Part shown: one piece after another, positions 60,491 to 64,000 of the stretch
Numbering within the stretch: position 1 is the stretch's first letter
Layout: every line of letters starts with the position of its first letter
Assembly: GCF_026571515.1 (NCBI RefSeq)
Contig: NW_026851538.1
Span: 86,164 to 150,163, forward strand
Direction: 5' to 3'
DNA: 64,000 bases
Source of the DNA: Ruditapes philippinarum
Taxonomy: Eukaryota
Program-made: the position numbers and the translations under genes
The notes under the pieces: model-generated
The model's database searches: none
What the model saw: only the letters and a program-made list of their open reading frames with translations
What the model was told of the DNA's origin: nothing

Positions 60491-63400
60491 CCTATACTTA
60501 ATATTTACAAAACCGTATCTTCGGGGTTTTATTGGATCAATTGATAACAAATTATAATGCTTTTTTGTATAGGAATTTTTGTATTAGTATACGAATTTTT
60601 GTAAAAATTTTCTTGTTATATTTGATGTAGCAAACAAAACAACTTTTAATGTTCAGTTAAGCACTAAATAAGGAACTGTAAAATTGACAACATAGGACAG
60701 TTATATGCCTTAAATATAACCTGTATGCAAAATTTAAACAAAATTTACCGTGTGGTTTATGAGTTATGGACACTTTTCTGAACTGAAATTTTGCCATTAG
60801 AAGGTCTTTTTTTTCAGAAATGAAGAAACCCTAAAGAGTCTATTATATCATCATTATGAAATATATTTTTATATTGCTCATTGTTAAGAAACAAATAATG
60901 ACATTCAGGTAACAAATTAAACAAGCAAAACGATTGTTTCTAAACGAAATGTTTTTAATATTGAATTTCATAAAAATGTAACCTTACCCCACCAACTTTA
61001 AAACACTTATTTGACCATTTCCCTATGGAAAAAAGCGTTATCTAAAATATCCACAATGAGGGGCTGGTTTCAAAGTTTACCTAAATTTTCTTAACTGTAT
61101 ATTGGCTGGTTTTGCAAAATAAAAAATACTTTTACTGTGTATTTTTTATTTTATAAATCTTTGAAAATATCTGGTATCATTAAATTACATGTATTTGCTA
61201 ATAAATTTGGCATTATTTAGCGAATAAATACCTACAATAATTATATATTTAAAATTAAACACTTTTTCTTCCATTTGGGATCTGAGTGATTCATAAAAAA
61301 TGTTAAAAAGAAAAACAGTTGCCTACTCTTGGTTTGAACCCACGCCCCTCAGTTTCAATACACTTGGCAGTGATTCTAGCCTTCTTGAATACTCTTCCAA
61401 AAGTGGAGATAGTGCATTAGAGGTGTATAACCTTAAGTATCATATTGACTTCATGAAAAAACAAACTTTTCTACGCTAGATTGTTTATAATTGTTTTGCT
61501 TGTTTCTAGGACAATCTGTCACATTAGTGCAGTAACGGGTTAAGTCCTTGCACTAAGGTCACGAATCAATCTAAAATTAATATGCATCATTGAAACAATT
61601 AATTTTTTACAATGTTGTCAAAAATAGAAATTTTGAGCGTGTTCCTGTCATAATTTTTTTATTATTTGAATAGCTTATAAATAATAGAGCGCTTTGATTG
61701 TTCTAACAATTTGTGAAAATAGGAATCAATTGATTGAAATGATCCTAAATACAATAGTCAGTGAGGCATATGATTTGTTAACATGTTGTTTATTCTTATT
61801 TATCATGGGCAACTAACATGGTTACAGTGCAACCCTTCCCTTTATAGTCCCTTTTACTTGCAATTCTTTATGTTTGATGAGTTTATTAATAAAAAAATTG
61901 ATAAAACAAGGATCAACCAGGAAAGGCGGGGTTTTCAATGGCAACGCAACCCCCACACGATCCAGCAAACTTAAACCCCAACAAGAAGACTTGACAAAAG
62001 ACTCCCGGCCCGGAGGTAAAATTGCCCGGTATGTTACTTCTAAGATTTCGATTTCTTGTGGAAAATGTAGCAACAACAATGACATAATAAGTTCTTGAAG
62101 TTTAAAACCACATTTTGTAAACATAGATTTTTTATATTATATTATTGAAAATTGATTTGTTTCTTCAAGTTTAAGACAACCTCCCATTTTTTACAAGTAT
62201 TTGCATGGGTTCCTATTACTTTTTTTACTTTTGGACTATTGCATAGGCGATATTAAACAGTATAATTAAAATAATCAACGTATGACATATTTGAATAGAA
62301 ATAAAAGGATAATGGATAGTATGAAATCAACAAATGTTTCATCTTTAATTTAAATGCAAAAAGCTAAAATGAAAAAAAAACATTAAGAAGAGCTAGGGTT
62401 ATTAGAGTCATTTTATTGAGGTAAGTTGTTATAAGAGCCATTTTACAGCTATTTTACAACAGCTTTCAAATTTCAGGAGAGCCAAAATACCGTTTTTGCT
62501 AAATCTTGGTTAATCTATTATCCTATTTTGTTATTACATCAAGATAATCTTTTATTGGTATCAAAATAATCTTATATCAGTAAATCCCAAATCCCAAATG
62601 ATCAACTATAAGAATTCATGCTTTTTGCTTAATAAACACCGGTAATACTGTTACATTGATCTTTGTACCTTATGATATAGATCTAAGGTATATCATAATA
62701 AATTTATTTTTTTTTTTCACCATTTTAAGGGAAAATATAAGGGAAATTTTTCTTTAAATTAACATAATTTTGGACCTGTTATACACCTTTAAAAAATTTA
62801 TTTTAACAATTTCCAGGGTTTTTAGCATAGAAAAACTTGGGTTTTTTTCCAAAATTTCACCAGTTAAATAGATCGTTTTTTCTAACATAAACATATTAAA
62901 CCCTTAAAAAAGGATGGATTTTAAAAACCCAATTTTATTTGGGTTTAAATTAAAATGTTTTGTATTAACCCCAATTTTAAAATTTAGCCCCGATATGAAA
63001 AAGGGGGAAAAATTTTACCCAGCAATTTATATTTTTTAAATGAATATCCATAGTTCAAATGTTTCAACAGTGAGAAGGTTTTAGAGTTATTTAATGATTA
63101 CATCTACTTTAAAGATTTTAAAGAGCTGTTTTGGAAGTCTGGAGTACAATAGTTAACAACTCCATGTTTAAACATTCTAATAAAAGCATTGACATCGCTA
63201 ACATCTTTGACTTATCCGTTATTAAACTGAAATCCATATTTATACAGCTGTTTTCTACCCGGCACATCTAGGGATTTTTTAACATTTATAAAATTGCTTT
63301 TTTGGATGTCTATGGGATGGCATAGTTAACAAATTACACAAATATCGAATGCAATTAAATTATTTATATAAAATGTAGTACACATTCAAAAACAACCATA

Positions 63401-64000
63401 CATGTATAAGTAGTTCCACGTACATAAAGCATACTCAATAAATCCAAAATGTGAGATGATTAACAAAGTATCGGTTTGATAATTGAATCAAAAATATTAA
63501 ATAAATCAACAACTGTTACAGAAAAAATAACCAAAATATATCTGAGCAAAGAGAGCTCGTTGTGCCTGAGATACTTACTAAGAATGAGCGGATGACCATG
63601 ACAAACTTGATGTAAGTAAGATACCCATGTACTTATATTCAGAGGTAATATTAATTTGCGTTCCACGATACGACCAGTGCTCATATCGACGAAGAGGACC
63701 ACCATTTCGAAAAAACAGTCTTATCCATGTTTATTTCCATCCTAGTATCACAACAAAACTTTGTCAATAAAATTTTTTTTGCTGTTGAAAGCTTAATTGC
63801 AGCTTTAACAGCTGAATAACCCTTCCAAAAAACCTGCCTGAGATTCATTAGTTTTATCATTGTCTTCAGCCCAATCGTACAACCGTTTATTTAATGATAC
63901 CCGAAAATATCTTATGCATATATTTGTAATTTATATGCTTCTGTAATTTCCAGGAATGTTACTTGGTCCATACTTATGAACAGGAGTTATAGCAGACGAC

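Noticed and set aside
1-64000. Prokaryotic-style novel system (defence island, operon)
   Set aside because: The sequence is clearly eukaryotic, with spliced multi-exon genes carrying GT/AG introns, LINEs, SINEs and satellites. No operon-like arrangement of intronless ORFs exists. The novelty here lies in the mobile-element content rather than a gene cassette.

Overview
The window is metazoan nuclear DNA, AT-rich, with intron-containing genes and very dense interspersed and tandem repeats. There are no prokaryotic operons, rRNA genes, bona fide tRNA genes or CRISPR arrays. The gene content is a GH16 endo-beta-1,3-glucanase, a fibrinogen-related domain gene, two claudin/PMP22-like genes and a KLHDC8-like kelch gene. 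The repeat content includes ~165-bp satellite arrays carried inside hairpin-terminated elements, tRNA-derived SINEs, LINE fragments and several MITE families. Together these point to a lophotrochozoan, plausibly a bivalve mollusc, though this is inference and the species was not identified.

Genes (all exon boundaries are hand-called from GT/AG signals and reading frame):
1. The 3' part of a GH16 endo-1,3-beta-glucanase gene on the + strand (3 exons, 1215-4595).
2. A complete 6-exon KLHDC8-like kelch-repeat gene on the + strand (9822-15112), with one exon per kelch blade and all introns phase 1.
3. Two tandemly duplicated 3-exon claudin/PMP22-superfamily 4-TM genes on the + strand (33851-35428 and 47953-51928), with identical intron phases.
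4. A fibrinogen-related-domain (FReD) gene on the - strand (56034-57598) whose FBG exon carries at least two frameshifts, so it is a probable pseudogene.
5. Two decayed non-LTR retrotransposon (LINE) reverse-transcriptase fragments (7742-8197 on the - strand; 43560-45645 on the + strand, with 2 frameshifts).

Repeats:
- A young, highly homogeneous ~235-bp nested-palindrome MITE family has 10 copies in 64 kb, with 4-bp AT-rich target-site duplications. Copies lie immediately upstream of the KLHDC8-like start exon, in its intron 2, and 13 bp past the exon-1 donor of the second claudin-like gene.
- Three composite elements have a 5' hairpin head and internal ~165-bp satellite arrays. These look Helentron-like.
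- A ~2.1-kb long-arm palindrome (foldback-like) sits between the two claudin-like genes' neighbourhoods.
- A 550-bp TIR element has a GATCGA-rich interior.
- A hairpin-repeat trio lies near the 3' end of the window.
- There is a tRNA-derived SINE family with (CAAA)n tails.
- There are many minisatellite arrays with periods of 20-44 bp.

Several ORFs in the supplied track begin with alternative start codons (TTG/GTG shown as M). Long ORFs inside repeat arrays are artefacts.
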